Assembly (NCBI GenBank): GCA_963783375.1
Contig: CAWANH010000029.1
Span: 64,001 to 128,000, forward strand
Length of the DNA stretch: 64,000 nucleotides
Reading direction: 5' to 3'
Source: Candidatus Eiseniibacteriota bacterium
Lineage (GTDB): Bacteria; Eisenbacteria; RBG-16-71-46; JABDJR01
A program made the translations under genes and the position numbers. The notes under the pieces were generated by a model, which was given only the letters and a program-made list of their open reading frames with translations, did not search any database and had not been told where the DNA came from. This document shows positions 47,843 through 57,783 of this stretch, in pieces; the first letter of the stretch is position 1; the number at the start of each line of letters is the position of its first letter.

Positions 47843-48633
47843 ACCGAGACCTCGGCCTTGATGTGGGGATGGGGATCGTAGGCCTCGATCGCGATGTCCT
47901 CGTACCGGAACGCGAAGAGATCCCGCACCTCGGGGTTCAGCGCCAGCCGGGGGAGCGGCCGGGGCTCTCGGGTGAGCTGGAGGCGCGCCTGCTCCAGGTG
48001 GTTCCGGTAGAGGTGCGCGTCGCCGAAGGTGTGGACGAACTCCCCGGGCTCGAGTCCGGCGGCCTGGGCGGTCAGGTGGGTGAGGAGCGCGTAGGAGGCG
48101 ATGTTGAACGGAACCCCCAGGAACACGTCGCCGCTCCGCTGGTAGAGCTGGCAGGAGAGCCGGCCGCCGGCCACGTAGAACTGGAACAACGTATGGCAGG
48201 GGGGGAGCGCCATCTGCTCGATCTCGGCCGCGTTCCAGGCGGTCACCACGATGCGGCGGGAATTCGGATTTCGGCGGATCATCTCCACCGCGCGGGCCAT
48301 CTGGTCCACCACCCGGCCGTCGGCCCCGCGCCAGCGCCGCCACTGGACTCCGTAGACCGGACCCAGCTCGCCCTGGTCGTCGGCCCACTCGTCCCAGATG
48401 GAGACGTTGTTCTCCTTCAGGTACCGGATGTTGGACTCGCCGCTCAGGAGCCACAGCAGCTCGTGGACGATGGAGCGGGTGTGGAGGCGCTTGGTGGTGA
48501 GGAGCGGAAACCCCTCGGCCAGGTCGAAACGCATCTGGTGGCCGAAGACGCTCAGGGTGCCGGTCCCGGTCCGGTCGTCGCGGGCGGTCCCCTCCTCGAG
48601 GATCCGGCGCAACAGATCCAGGTACGGCCGCAA
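47839..48633 (-). CDS. thyA: Thymidylate synthase
   Basis: [46 protein letters not shown]. Confidence 0.97.
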   Translation of the reverse strand: MRPYLDLLRRILEEGTARDDRTGTGTLSVFGHQMRFDLAEGFPLLTTKRLHTRSIVHELLWLLSGESNIRYLKENNVSIWDEWADDQGELGPVYGVQWRRWRGADGRVVDQMARAVEMIRRNPNSRRIVVTAWNAAEIEQMALPPCHTLFQFYVAGGRLSCQLYQRSGDVFLGVPFNIASYALLTHLTAQAAGLEPGEFVHTFGDAHLYRNHLEQARLQLTREPRPLPRLALNPEVRDLFAFRYEDIAIEAYDPHPHIKAEVSV

Positions 48634-48637
48634 TACG

Positions 48638-50671
48638 CTACCCGCGGCCGAGCCGGCGGCGCATGACCTGTGCGATGGCCTCGGGGGTGAACCCGAACTC
48701 CTCCTGGATCTTCTCCCAGGGGGCCGATGCCCCGAACCGTCGGATGGCCACGATCTCTCCGTCCAGGCCGGTGAAACGCTCCCAGCCGAAGGGGGCGGCC
48801 GCCTCCACCGCCATCCGGTTCGTCACCTCCGGGGCCAGGACCTCCCGCCGGTAGGCCTCGTCCTGCTCGAGGAAGATCTCCCAGGAGGGGACCGACACCA
48901 CGCGGATCCTCGCGCCGTCCTTCCGAAGCCGCGCCGCGGCCTCGATGGTCACGTGCACCTCGGAGCCGCTGGCGAAGGCGATCAGCTCCGGCGGTTCCTC
49001 GCCGTCGCTCACCACGTAGGCCCCGCGCGAGACGTCCCCCCGCGCCCCCAGCGCCGCGTAGTCCAGGACCGGTACGTTCTGGCGGGTCAACGACAGCGCC
49101 ACCGGACCCTTCCGCGCGATCGCCACCTCCCAGGCCTGGACCGTCTCCACCGCGTCGGCGGGGCGGATCACCGTCATGTGCGGGATGGCCCGGAGCGCGG
49201 CGAGCTGGGCGATCGGCTGGTGGGTGGGACCGTCCTCTCCCAGGAACACCGAGTCGTGGGTGAAGACGTAGATCACCGGCGCCTTCATGAGCGCGGCCAG
49301 CCGGAGCGAGGGCCGGAGGTAGTCCGAGAAGATCAAGAACGTGCCCCCGAAGGGCAGGAGCCCCCCGTGAAGGGCCATGCCGTTCATGACCGCGGCCATC
49401 CCGTGCTCGCGGACCCCGAAGTGGAAGTACCGCCCGCCGGGGGTTTCCGGAGAGAAGGCCACGTCGCCTTCGTTGTGGGTCTTGTTGGACGGCTCCAGGT
49501 CCGCGCTTCCCCCGATCAGCGCCGGGACCCGCGGCTTCAGCCACCCCAGGGCCTTTCCCGAGGCGGAGCGGGTGGCGATGCCCTTCCCGGCCTCGAAGGT
49601 CGGCCGGCCCTCGACGGGAACCGCGACCTCCCCGGCGAAGAGCGCGTCCCAGAGCGCGGCCTTCTCCGGGTGTTTCTCCCGCCACGCGCGGAACCCCGCC
49701 TCCCAGGCCTCGCGGGTCTTCAGGTGCCGTTGCCCGAGCGCCCGGAAATGCTCCCCGACGTCGTCGGGAACGTAGAAGGTCTTCTCCGGCGGCCAGCCGT
49801 AGGCTTCCTTGGTTCCGCGGATCTCCTCCTCGCCGAGGGGGGAGCCGTGGGCGTCGGAGGTGTCCTGCTTGGTGGGGGCTCCGAGCGCGATGTGGGTGCG
49901 GGCCACGATCAGGGACGGGCGTTCGGTCTCGTCGCGGGCCGCCTCCAGAGCCTTCTCCACCGCGGCCCGGTCGTGTCCGTCCACCCGCTGGACGTGCCAG
50001 CCGTAGGCCTCGTAGCGCTTCCCCTTGTCCTCGCCGTCGAAGGCCAGGGCGGTGGTGCCGTCGATGGTGATGTGGTTGTCGTCGTAGAGAACGGTGAGCT
50101 TTCCGAGCTTCCACTCGCCGGCCATCGACGCCGCCTCGGATTGCACCCCCTCCATGAGGTCGCCGTCCGAGGCGATGACCCAGGTGCGATGGTCGATCGC
50201 CCGGAAGTCGTCGGTGTTGAGCCGCGCGGCCAGGTGCGCCTCGGCCACCGCCATCCCCACCGCGCTGGAGAGCCCCTGGCCCAGGGGCCCGGTGGTGGTC
50301 TCGATCCCCGGGGTATGCCCGTGCTCGGGGTGCCCGGGGGTTCGGCTACCCCACTGGCGGAACTGCTTCAGGTCGTCGAGGGAGAGATCGTAGCCGGTCA
50401 GGTGAAGAAGGGCGTACTGGAGCATGCAGGCGTGACCCGCGCTCAGGACGAACCGGTCCCGGTCGGGCCAGTCCGGATGGCCGGGATCGAAGCGCAGGAA
50501 CCGCGACCACAGCACGTAGGCCATGTCCGCCATGCCCATGGGGGCGCCGGGGTGGCCGGAGTTCGCATTCTGCACCGCGTCCATGGCCAGGCAACGGATG
50601 GCGTTCACGCAGCGCTGCTCTAGATCCTGGGAGGCCAATTGCTGCTTCAAGGTCGGGCTCAGGGTCGGCAA
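48638..50671 (-). CDS. tkt: Transketolase
   Basis: [56 protein letters not shown]. Confidence 0.97.
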   Translation of the reverse strand: MPTLSPTLKQQLASQDLEQRCVNAIRCLAMDAVQNANSGHPGAPMGMADMAYVLWSRFLRFDPGHPDWPDRDRFVLSAGHACMLQYALLHLTGYDLSLDDLKQFRQWGSRTPGHPEHGHTPGIETTTGPLGQGLSSAVGMAVAEAHLAARLNTDDFRAIDHRTWVIASDGDLMEGVQSEAASMAGEWKLGKLTVLYDDNHITIDGTTALAFDGEDKGKRYEAYGWHVQRVDGHDRAAVEKALEAARDETERPSLIVARTHIALGAPTKQDTSDAHGSPLGEEEIRGTKEAYGWPPEKTFYVPDDVGEHFRALGQRHLKTREAWEAGFRAWREKHPEKAALWDALFAGEVAVPVEGRPTFEAGKGIATRSASGKALGWLKPRVPALIGGSADLEPSNKTHNEGDVAFSPETPGGRYFHFGVREHGMAAVMNGMALHGGLLPFGGTFLIFSDYLRPSLRLAALMKAPVIYVFTHDSVFLGEDGPTHQPIAQLAALRAIPHMTVIRPADAVETVQAWEVAIARKGPVALSLTRQNVPVLDYAALGARGDVSRGAYVVSDGEEPPELIAFASGSEVHVTIEAAARLRKDGARIRVVSVPSWEIFLEQDEAYRREVLAPEVTNRMAVEAAAPFGWERFTGLDGEIVAIRRFGASAPWEKIQEEFGFTPEAIAQVMRRRLGRG

Positions 50672-50699
50672 GACGATCCCCCTTCAATTCATTCGGGAC

Positions 50700-50975
50700 C
50701 TACTTCTTGTAGTAATCCGTGTTGATCTTCAGCCACTTGGCCCACTCGTCCTCGCTCACCCCCTCGATGGGGGCGTCCTCGGGGCCGATCGCCGCCACCG
50801 GGCAGGCCGGCTCGCAGGCTCCGCAGTCGATGCACTCCTCGGGATCGATGTAGAGCATCTTGTCGGTCTCGAAGGAGGCCTCGTCCTTGCGGGGGTGGAT
50901 GCAGTCCACCGGACAGACGTCCACGCAGGCGGTGTCCTTGGTGTCGATGCACGGCTCTCCGATGATATAGGTCAT
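50700..50975 (-). CDS. fdxA: 7Fe-type ferredoxin ([3Fe-4S]+[4Fe-4S])
   Basis: EPCIDTKDTACVDVCPVDCI and CIDCGACEPACPV. Confidence 0.92.
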   Translation of the reverse strand: MTYIIGEPCIDTKDTACVDVCPVDCIHPRKDEASFETDKMLYIDPEECIDCGACEPACPVAAIGPEDAPIEGVSEDEWAKWLKINTDYYKK

Positions 50976-51153
50976 GTGCTTCCTCTTTTGGCCAGTGGGT
51001 TCAACCCATCCAGGATGTGCGCGCGACCCCGTTCCCGCGCCGCCCCTCCCGGGACCGGGGGAGCGACGACCCACGGGCCGCAACCGCAAACCGTACCATG
51101 GTAATGCGTGCCCTCGGCCCCCGGCAACTGCGGCAAGCGCGCCGGGGTGAGTC

Positions 51154-51921
51154 TCAGTCGCGAGGGGGGGAGGGCGTCCCTTCCAGGGCCCGCCGGAGCG
51201 CCTCGGCGGTGATCGGGTGCGGGCCGGGTTCGACGCGGATCCGGTCCCCCAGGACGAGCCCCGCCCGGCCGACCCGCATGCGGTGGGCGATCACCTCCAC
51301 CCCGGCATCCAGAACCTCGCGGAGGAGCCGCCCGTACTCCGGATCGATCCCGTCGGCGGGGCCCGCCGCGGTCACGTCGGGGCGGGACACCGCGAAGAGG
51401 AGCACCGCGCGCTCGCCGGCCCGGGCGCGGGCGGCCAGGACCCGGAGATGTTTCCGCCCCCGCTCGGTGGGGGCGTCGGGAAAGAGAGCCAGGCCGGAAA
51501 GCGCCAGGGTGACGTTCTTCACCTCCACCCAGGTGGAGGGCCGCCCGGGCGTTTCCAGGCGGAAGTCGGCCCGCCCGCCGTCGTCCCACCGCGCCTCCCG
51601 GCGAAGCCCGGTGAACCCGGCGAGCGCCGGCACGAGGCCTCGGGTGAGCGCTTCCGCCACCACCGGGTTGGCCCGGACGGGGTGGATCCCCACCCAGATC
51701 CGTCCCACCCGGATGGCCTCCAGGGACCACTCGAGCTTCCGCGACGGCTTGGGATCGTGGGTGAGGTACACCGCCGACCCCGGCCGCGACACCCCCAGCA
51801 TGGAGCCGGGGTTGGCGCAGTGGGCCACCACGGTGCGTCCGTCGGGAAGCGCCACGTCGGCCAGAAACCGCTTGTAGCGACGGAGGAGGCGGCCCTGATG
51901 CACGGTTCCGGGAAAGCGCAT
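51154..51921 (-). CDS. sfsA: DNA/RNA nuclease SfsA
   Basis: RRYKRFLADV, AHCANPGSM, RADF, VEVKNVT, FPDAPTERGRKHL, DPEY. Confidence 0.93.
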   Translation of the reverse strand: MRFPGTVHQGRLLRRYKRFLADVALPDGRTVVAHCANPGSMLGVSRPGSAVYLTHDPKPSRKLEWSLEAIRVGRIWVGIHPVRANPVVAEALTRGLVPALAGFTGLRREARWDDGGRADFRLETPGRPSTWVEVKNVTLALSGLALFPDAPTERGRKHLRVLAARARAGERAVLLFAVSRPDVTAAGPADGIDPEYGRLLREVLDAGVEVIAHRMRVGRAGLVLGDRIRVEPGPHPITAEALRRALEGTPSPPRD

Positions 51922-52052
51922 GGCGGCAGAGGCTAGCACGCCCGCGCCCCGCGGGACCGTCTGGCCCCCCGGTGTCCCGGCTGTTAGGCTCTGCTCAACC
52001 GCGCCGGCGCTCCTCGAGTCGCGAGGGCCGCCCCGTCGGGAGGAGGGACGGT

Positions 52053-52973
52053 TTGAAGGATCTCCTGGCCCAGCTGGACTGGTCGAGCTTGAGCACCCGG
52101 TTCGTGGAGTTTCTGCCCAAGTTCCTGAGCGCGGCGGTCATCCTCCTCATCTTCTGGCTGGCCTTCCGGCTCACCCGGGCCGGGCTCAGCGCGGTGCTCC
52201 GCCGCGCCGGTTTCCACGAGACCCTGGTTCACATGCTGGTGGACAACGTCTACCGGTTCGTCCTCATCATCTTCGGGCTGGTCATGGCCGCGGACCAGGT
52301 GGGGATCGACGTGGGGGCGGCCCTGGCCGGAATCGGGGTGGCGGGCATCGCCATCGGCTTCGCCGCCCAGGACTCCCTGGCCAACATGATCGCCGGCTTC
52401 CTCATCTTCTGGGACAAGCCGTTCCAGGTGGGGGACTGGGTCACGGTGTCGGAGCAGTACGGGCGGGTGTCCTCGATCACCATGCGCACCACGCGCATCC
52501 GCACCAACAACAACACCTTCGTGGTGATCCCCAACAAGAACATCATCGACGAGGTGCTGGTGAACCACTCCAAGCACGGGGAGACCCGGATCGAGGTACC
52601 GGTGGGGATCGCCTACAAGGAGTCGATCCCCGAGGCCCGCCGGGTGATCCTGGACGCGGTCCGGAGTCTCAAGGGAGTCGCCGAAGAGCCGCCGGCCGAC
52701 GTGGTGGTGGAGGGGTTGGGATCCTCCAGCGTGGATCTCAAGGTCCGGGTGTGGATCGACGACGCCGCGGTCGAACGGCCGGTCACCTTCCGGGTGCTGG
52801 AGGCGGCCAAGCTGGCCCTGGACGCGGCGGGGATCCAGATCCCGTTCCCCCATCTCCAGCTCTTCGTGGACGACGTGGAGGAGCGGGTGATCGACAAGGT
52901 GTCGCGCCTTCCCCGGCTGGCCGCGCCGGCAGGGGAGGGAGAAGCCGCGGCGGAGGAGCGGACCGACGCGTGA
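52053..52973 (+). CDS. mscS: Small-conductance mechanosensitive channel
   Basis: GIAIGFAAQDSLAN..AG..I..DKPFQVGD, IPN, VGIAY, GIQIPFP; GGAGG RBS before TTG. Confidence 0.92.
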   Translation: MKDLLAQLDWSSLSTRFVEFLPKFLSAAVILLIFWLAFRLTRAGLSAVLRRAGFHETLVHMLVDNVYRFVLIIFGLVMAADQVGIDVGAALAGIGVAGIAIGFAAQDSLANMIAGFLIFWDKPFQVGDWVTVSEQYGRVSSITMRTTRIRTNNNTFVVIPNKNIIDEVLVNHSKHGETRIEVPVGIAYKESIPEARRVILDAVRSLKGVAEEPPADVVVEGLGSSSVDLKVRVWIDDAAVERPVTFRVLEAAKLALDAAGIQIPFPHLQLFVDDVEERVIDKVSRLPRLAAPAGEGEAAAEERTDA

Positions 52974-52993
52974 GTTCGGCGCGGTGAGGCCCG

Positions 52994-53254
52994 CTAGTGC
53001 GGCTCTTTTCCCTCGGGAAACACCACCCCCAGCCAGAACCACTCCTGTCCCGACGGGTGCGCCTCGGCCAGGTTCACCTTGAACTCGCGGCGGCCGTGGA
53101 TCACGCGGGTCTGGGTGATCGTACCGGGGAGGTAGCGGTATTGCGCTTCGATGGGGCCGCCGGGGCGGGTGGGATCGAGATCGCGGGAGAGCTTGTGCTG
53201 GACCCGGACCTGCATTCCCACCTTCAAGGGCTCGATGTTGATGTGTTCGATCAT
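52994..53254 (-). CDS. Small hypothetical protein, possible SH3/KOW-like barrel
   Basis: AGGAGG RBS; LKVGMQVRV...PGTITQ...FKVNL beta pattern. Confidence 0.65.
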   Translation of the reverse strand: MIEHINIEPLKVGMQVRVQHKLSRDLDPTRPGGPIEAQYRYLPGTITQTRVIHGRREFKVNLAEAHPSGQEWFWLGVVFPEGKEPH

Positions 53255-53338
53255 CGCTTCACGATCCTCCTGGGCGGGAGAGGATATCACGGCGGGGGAG
53301 CGGGGGGGAGGCGCGACGGACCCGCGACCGTGGTGAAT

Positions 53339-54070
53339 TCAATTTTCACCGGGATCCGGTTCCCCGGCCGCCGGACCGGCGAGCTCCCATCCCGAGGCCA
53401 GCCAGGCCGCCGCCCTCCGGTCCTGGTCGGGGCCGAGGCGGTGGCCTCCGGGAAAGAGAGCCAGCTCGGCCTCGTAGCCCGCGCGCCGGAGCGCCTGGTG
53501 GGAGCGATGGGCGGCCTCGACCGACACCGCGCGGTCGGCCTCGCCGTGGAGGATCAGGGTTCGGAGCGGCCCCGGACGCTCCAGGGCCCCGGCCACGAAC
53601 TCCTCCTTGAGCCGCCCCGCCGCCGCCACCAGGTGGTCGAAGAGACCGGGTGGGGAGAGGGCGGCCACGTACCCGAAGTAGGCCCCCTGGCTGAACCCCA
53701 CCAGGGCCCGGCCGCGGGGGCGCCAGCCCCGGTCCGCCTCGACCCGCCGGATGAGCGCGCTCAGCCAGGCCGCCGACGCGGTCACCGTTTCCCGGAAGAG
53801 CCGGTCGCCGCCGTCGTAGAGGTACCAGGCGCGGCCGATCCGGAAGCGGTCCCCGGTCCGGATCTCGTAGGGGAGGGGACCGGCGGGGGCGATCACGTGC
53901 GCGGGCAGGGCCGACGTGCGCGGCCACCCGGCCAGGGCCCGGTCGGGATCCTCCCCCTGGCCGTGACAGAGCACCACCAGCGGGGCCTCGGGGGACGGGC
54001 CGGAGCGCACCCGGGCGGGCACGGGCCGGGTGAACGGCGAGGTCACGGTCTCGAAATCGGCGGGGCTCAT
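53339..54070 (-). CDS. Phospholipase/carboxylesterase-type alpha/beta hydrolase
   Basis: LCHGQG, GFSQG, HGEAD, GGH; TATACT 6 nt before the ATG. Confidence 0.88.
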   Translation of the reverse strand: MSPADFETVTSPFTRPVPARVRSGPSPEAPLVVLCHGQGEDPDRALAGWPRTSALPAHVIAPAGPLPYEIRTGDRFRIGRAWYLYDGGDRLFRETVTASAAWLSALIRRVEADRGWRPRGRALVGFSQGAYFGYVAALSPPGLFDHLVAAAGRLKEEFVAGALERPGPLRTLILHGEADRAVSVEAAHRSHQALRRAGYEAELALFPGGHRLGPDQDRRAAAWLASGWELAGPAAGEPDPGEN

Positions 54071-54096
54071 GCCGACAGTATAGCCGGGGAGGACCG

Positions 54097-55524
54097 GTGA
54101 GCCGATCGGTCCTTCCGGTACCGGCGAGCCCCCGCCCGCTCTGGCCGCGGTTGATCGGCGAGCGGCACGACCTCCTGGTGGTGGGGGGCGGAATCCACGG
54201 GGCGGGGGCGGCCCGGGACGCCGCCCTCCGCGGCCTCAGGGTGGCGGTGATCGAGCGCGACGACTGGGCCTCCGGCACCAGCAGCCGCTCCTCCAAGCTC
54301 TTTCACGGCGGACTCCGTTATCTTCGCCAGGGCGCGGTAGGCATGGTGCGCGAGGCGCTCCGGGAGCGCGACCTCCACCTACGGCTGGCCCCCGGGTTGG
54401 TCCGCCCGCTCCGGTTCCGGGTTCCGCCCACCCCGCCCGGGGCCCCTCCGCGCGCCCTGGTGCGGGCGGGGATCGCCCTCTACGGGCTCTTCTCCGGAGA
54501 TCCGGGCGGCGCGCGGTTCTGGGAGTCGGAGCCGGTCTACACCGACGCGATCACCGACGACGCGCGATTCTGCCTGGAGGTGGTTCTCGACGCCCGGCGC
54601 CACGGCGCCCTCGCGCTTTCCTACGTGGAGTGGTTGGAGTGGGTGCGCCGGGGGGAGCGGATCGTGGGCGCCAGGGTCCGCGATCGCCTGAGCGGGGAGG
54701 AAGGGGTGGTGGCCGCCGAGGCCTGCCTGAACGCCACCGGGCCGTGGGCGGAGATCGTGGGCGGTTGGGGCCGGGACCCCGGGCGCGAGCTTCGCCTCAC
54801 CCGGGGCACCCACCTGGTCCTCGACCGCCGCCCCGACGACGACGCCCGGCTCTTCTTCGCCGCCGCCGACGGGCGGGCGCTCTTCCTCCTCCCCTACGGG
54901 GAGCGGGGGAGCCTGCTCGGCACCACCGATCTCGACGAGACGGTCCCCACCCTGGACCCGGTTCCGCGCGAGGAGGAGATCCGCTACCTCCGCGACGCCT
55001 TCCGGGCCCAGTTCCCCGAATGGAACGGATGGCGCGCGGTGGGGCTCCAGTGTGGGCTTCGCCCTCTCGTCGCCGCCGCCGGCCGCCCCTCGGACGTTTC
55101 CCGCGAGGAGCGGATCGTGAACCACCCCGCCGGTGGGCTGGTCTCCATCCTGGGCGGGAAGTACACTACCTATCGCGCCACCGCGGAGCGTGCGGTGGAC
55201 CGGGTGGAGGTCGATCTGGGCCGGACCCTTGCCGGGCGCCCGACCCGAAGCACGCCGATCCCCGCCGCAGAGGAAGGGGGGGATGCCTCCACGCTCATCC
55301 GGCGGGCCTTCACCCACGAGGACGCGGTTCGCCTGGAGGACGTGTTCCTCCGGCGGTCCCGGCTGGGCCAGTTCGGACCGGCGGATCCCGCGCTGCTCCG
55401 GTTGGCCGGGAAGCTCTGGCGGGTGCGTTGGGGCCTTGGCGATCGCGAATCCGAGGCCGAGATGGAGGCCTTCCGGGAGTTCGAGGCGCGCCGGCTGGCC
55501 CCCCTCGCCTCATGGGAGCCTTGA
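54097..55524 (+). CDS. glpD: FAD-dependent glycerol-3-phosphate dehydrogenase/oxidase family protein
   Basis: VVGGGIHG, GTSSRSSKLFHGGLRYL, NATGPW, GTTD, GLRPL, GGKYTTYR. Confidence 0.82.
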   Translation: MSRSVLPVPASPRPLWPRLIGERHDLLVVGGGIHGAGAARDAALRGLRVAVIERDDWASGTSSRSSKLFHGGLRYLRQGAVGMVREALRERDLHLRLAPGLVRPLRFRVPPTPPGAPPRALVRAGIALYGLFSGDPGGARFWESEPVYTDAITDDARFCLEVVLDARRHGALALSYVEWLEWVRRGERIVGARVRDRLSGEEGVVAAEACLNATGPWAEIVGGWGRDPGRELRLTRGTHLVLDRRPDDDARLFFAAADGRALFLLPYGERGSLLGTTDLDETVPTLDPVPREEEIRYLRDAFRAQFPEWNGWRAVGLQCGLRPLVAAAGRPSDVSREERIVNHPAGGLVSILGGKYTTYRATAERAVDRVEVDLGRTLAGRPTRSTPIPAAEEGGDASTLIRRAFTHEDAVRLEDVFLRRSRLGQFGPADPALLRLAGKLWRVRWGLGDRESEAEMEAFREFEARRLAPLASWEP

Positions 55525-55603
55525 CCCGCGTCGCCTCGGCAAGTAAAACTTGCCCGGATTTGTGAACTTTTCAACCCGGCACAAACGAGGAAACAACCCC
55601 CCC

Positions 55604-56545
55604 ATGCTCCCATGCAATTTCAATCACATGTACTACTTCTACCGGGTGGCGGTGCACAAGAGCGTGAGCAAGGCGTCCAAGGAGCTCCTGATCGCCCAGT
55701 CCGCGCTCAGCACCCAGCTCAAGCAGCTGGAGGAGTCCCTGGACACCACCCTGTTCAACCGGACCAAGGGGGGCATGGCCCTGACCGAGACCGGGGAGCT
55801 GGTGTTTCGGTACGCCTCCCAGATGTTCGAGACCTACGAGGAGATGAAGCGGGCGATGGTCCTGGCCGAGAAGGAGGTGCGGGGTCCCCTCAACATCGGG
55901 GTGGTCAACTCCATCGGCATCTACCTCCTGCCCGAGATCCTCACCGCGTACCATGGGAAATTCCCGGACGTACAGATCAACCTGGAGATGCACAGCTCCA
56001 ACCTGGTGCTGGAGATGCTCCAGGAGAACCAGGTCGATCTCGCGCTCATCGCCTGGAACCGGCAGTACCCCCAGCTCGAGTCCGCGGTGATCATGCAGAA
56101 CAGCATGATCCTGGTGGGCTCGGCCAAGCTTCCGCTGGCCAAGCGGCGGAAGCTCACCCTCAAGGATCTCGCCGACCAGAAATTCATCGGTTACGAGGCG
56201 GGCACGCCCACCCGGATCATGATCGACTCCCACTTCAAGAGCATGGGGTTGAACCTGGACTACGTGCTCGAGCTGACCAACATCGCCACCATCAAGCACC
56301 TCGCGGTCACCGGGATGGGTCTGGCCTTTCTCCCCAAGATCGCGGTGGACCACGAGATCAAGGACAAGATCCTGAAGGCGGTGGACATTCCCGAGACCCG
56401 GATGGAGCGACCGGTGACCGTGTACTGGAAGGAACGGCGGGTCCTGAGCCGCCCCGCCCAGGAATTCATCGATTTCCTCAAGCACTGGCCGGTGCCCGCC
56501 GGCGAGGGCGAACCGGGTAAGGCGAGCAAGAGCAAGACGGCCTGA
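55604..56545 (+). CDS. LysR-family transcriptional regulator
   Basis: SVSKASKELLIAQSALSTQLKQLEE..LFNR HTH; substrate-binding domain with GMGLAFLP. Confidence 0.95.
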   Translation: MLPCNFNHMYYFYRVAVHKSVSKASKELLIAQSALSTQLKQLEESLDTTLFNRTKGGMALTETGELVFRYASQMFETYEEMKRAMVLAEKEVRGPLNIGVVNSIGIYLLPEILTAYHGKFPDVQINLEMHSSNLVLEMLQENQVDLALIAWNRQYPQLESAVIMQNSMILVGSAKLPLAKRRKLTLKDLADQKFIGYEAGTPTRIMIDSHFKSMGLNLDYVLELTNIATIKHLAVTGMGLAFLPKIAVDHEIKDKILKAVDIPETRMERPVTVYWKERRVLSRPAQEFIDFLKHWPVPAGEGEPGKASKSKTA

Positions 56546-56654
56546 TCCGGGTCCGCGTGATTCGGGCCCGGTTGTCCGGAGCCCCGGCGGTCCTCCCGCC
56601 CCGCCGGCGAAGCGTTTTCACCCCGTGCCCGGGGAAGCGGCGGGAAGGGAGTGA

Positions 56655-57779
56655 GTGGCGAGGATGTGGAAAGCCAGTGAGGGTTCGACCGGCCGGCTGA
56701 TTCAGCTATGTATCGGGTATTTCTTCTTCTACGTGATCACCGGGGTCACGGTGAAGTACTTCCTGGGGAGCGCGGACAAGGGGCTCCCGGGGATGACCGG
56801 GACCCAGTTCCTGGTCTACAGCACCATCGGAGGGACCTTCCTGGCCACCGGGGTGGTGCTCGTCTGGCGCTGGTACCGGATCCGATCGATCCGGCTGGTC
56901 AGGGTGGCCGGTCTCACCGTCCCCAGCGAGCTCTTCTACATCATCCCCTCCGGCCTCATGACCGCAGTGGTCATCCCCACCACCACCCTCATGTACACCC
57001 TTCCGATCTCGGTCATGGTGGCCATGGTGATCATGCGCGGGAGCGTGATCCTGATCGGCCGGGTGGTGGACGCCATCCAGAGCCGGCAGGGCCTCCTGGA
57101 CAAGAAGGTGTACTGGCAGGAGAACGTGGCCGTCCTCTTCGCCATCGGCGCGGTGGCCATGAACACCGTTTTCGCCAAGGACAAGAACGGGTTCGAGTTC
57201 ATCCACTCGCTCCCCGCCATGATCATCTTCGGAAGCTACATCACGGCCTACGCCATTCGCATCTACATCATGAACTACTACAAGAACACCCGGGGAAAGG
57301 GGAAGCCCCTGGACAACAAGGGCTTCTTCGCGGTCGAGCAGATCTCCTCCACCACCGCGCTCCTGATCGCGGGGTTCCTGGTCTACAAGTCCCCCTCGCT
57401 CTTCGGCTGGAGCGGTTCGGTGATCGACCAGTTCCGGGGCGCTCTCGCCCACCCGCTTCCCCAGTGGTCCGGAGCCGTCCTGGCCGGCATGGCCTTCGGG
57501 GCGGTGGCCTTCTTCTCGGTCTTCCTGTTCATGTTCAAGGGGCGAACCGCCACGTTCGCCGGACTGGTGAACCGGCTGACCTCGCTCATCGCGGGTACGG
57601 TGTCCACCCTCCTCTTCGCCCTGTTCTGGGTCGGCAGCTACCCGAGCCTGGAGGACTGGATCTCCCTGGTGCTCATCTTCATCGCCATCTACTTCCTGAG
57701 CGGGTCGGAGCGGCGCCGGGTGAAGGAGCTCCGCGCCCGAAACGAGCTCATCGAAGCCAAGGCCGCGGCCGGAAGTTGA
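56655..57779 (+). CDS. Polytopic membrane protein (about 10 TM), possibly DMT/EamA-like transporter
   Basis: About ten hydrophobic segments; SGLMTAVVIPTTTLMYT, MRGSVILIGRVVD, VNRLTSLIAG. Confidence 0.75.
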   Translation: MARMWKASEGSTGRLIQLCIGYFFFYVITGVTVKYFLGSADKGLPGMTGTQFLVYSTIGGTFLATGVVLVWRWYRIRSIRLVRVAGLTVPSELFYIIPSGLMTAVVIPTTTLMYTLPISVMVAMVIMRGSVILIGRVVDAIQSRQGLLDKKVYWQENVAVLFAIGAVAMNTVFAKDKNGFEFIHSLPAMIIFGSYITAYAIRIYIMNYYKNTRGKGKPLDNKGFFAVEQISSTTALLIAGFLVYKSPSLFGWSGSVIDQFRGALAHPLPQWSGAVLAGMAFGAVAFFSVFLFMFKGRTATFAGLVNRLTSLIAGTVSTLLFALFWVGSYPSLEDWISLVLIFIAIYFLSGSERRRVKELRARNELIEAKAAAGS

Positions 57780-57783
57780 CGGC

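Noticed and set aside
47333-48633. thyA-folA as a mobile trimethoprim-resistance cassette
   Set aside because: Ordinary chromosomal arrangement downstream of tkt, with no integron or IS features
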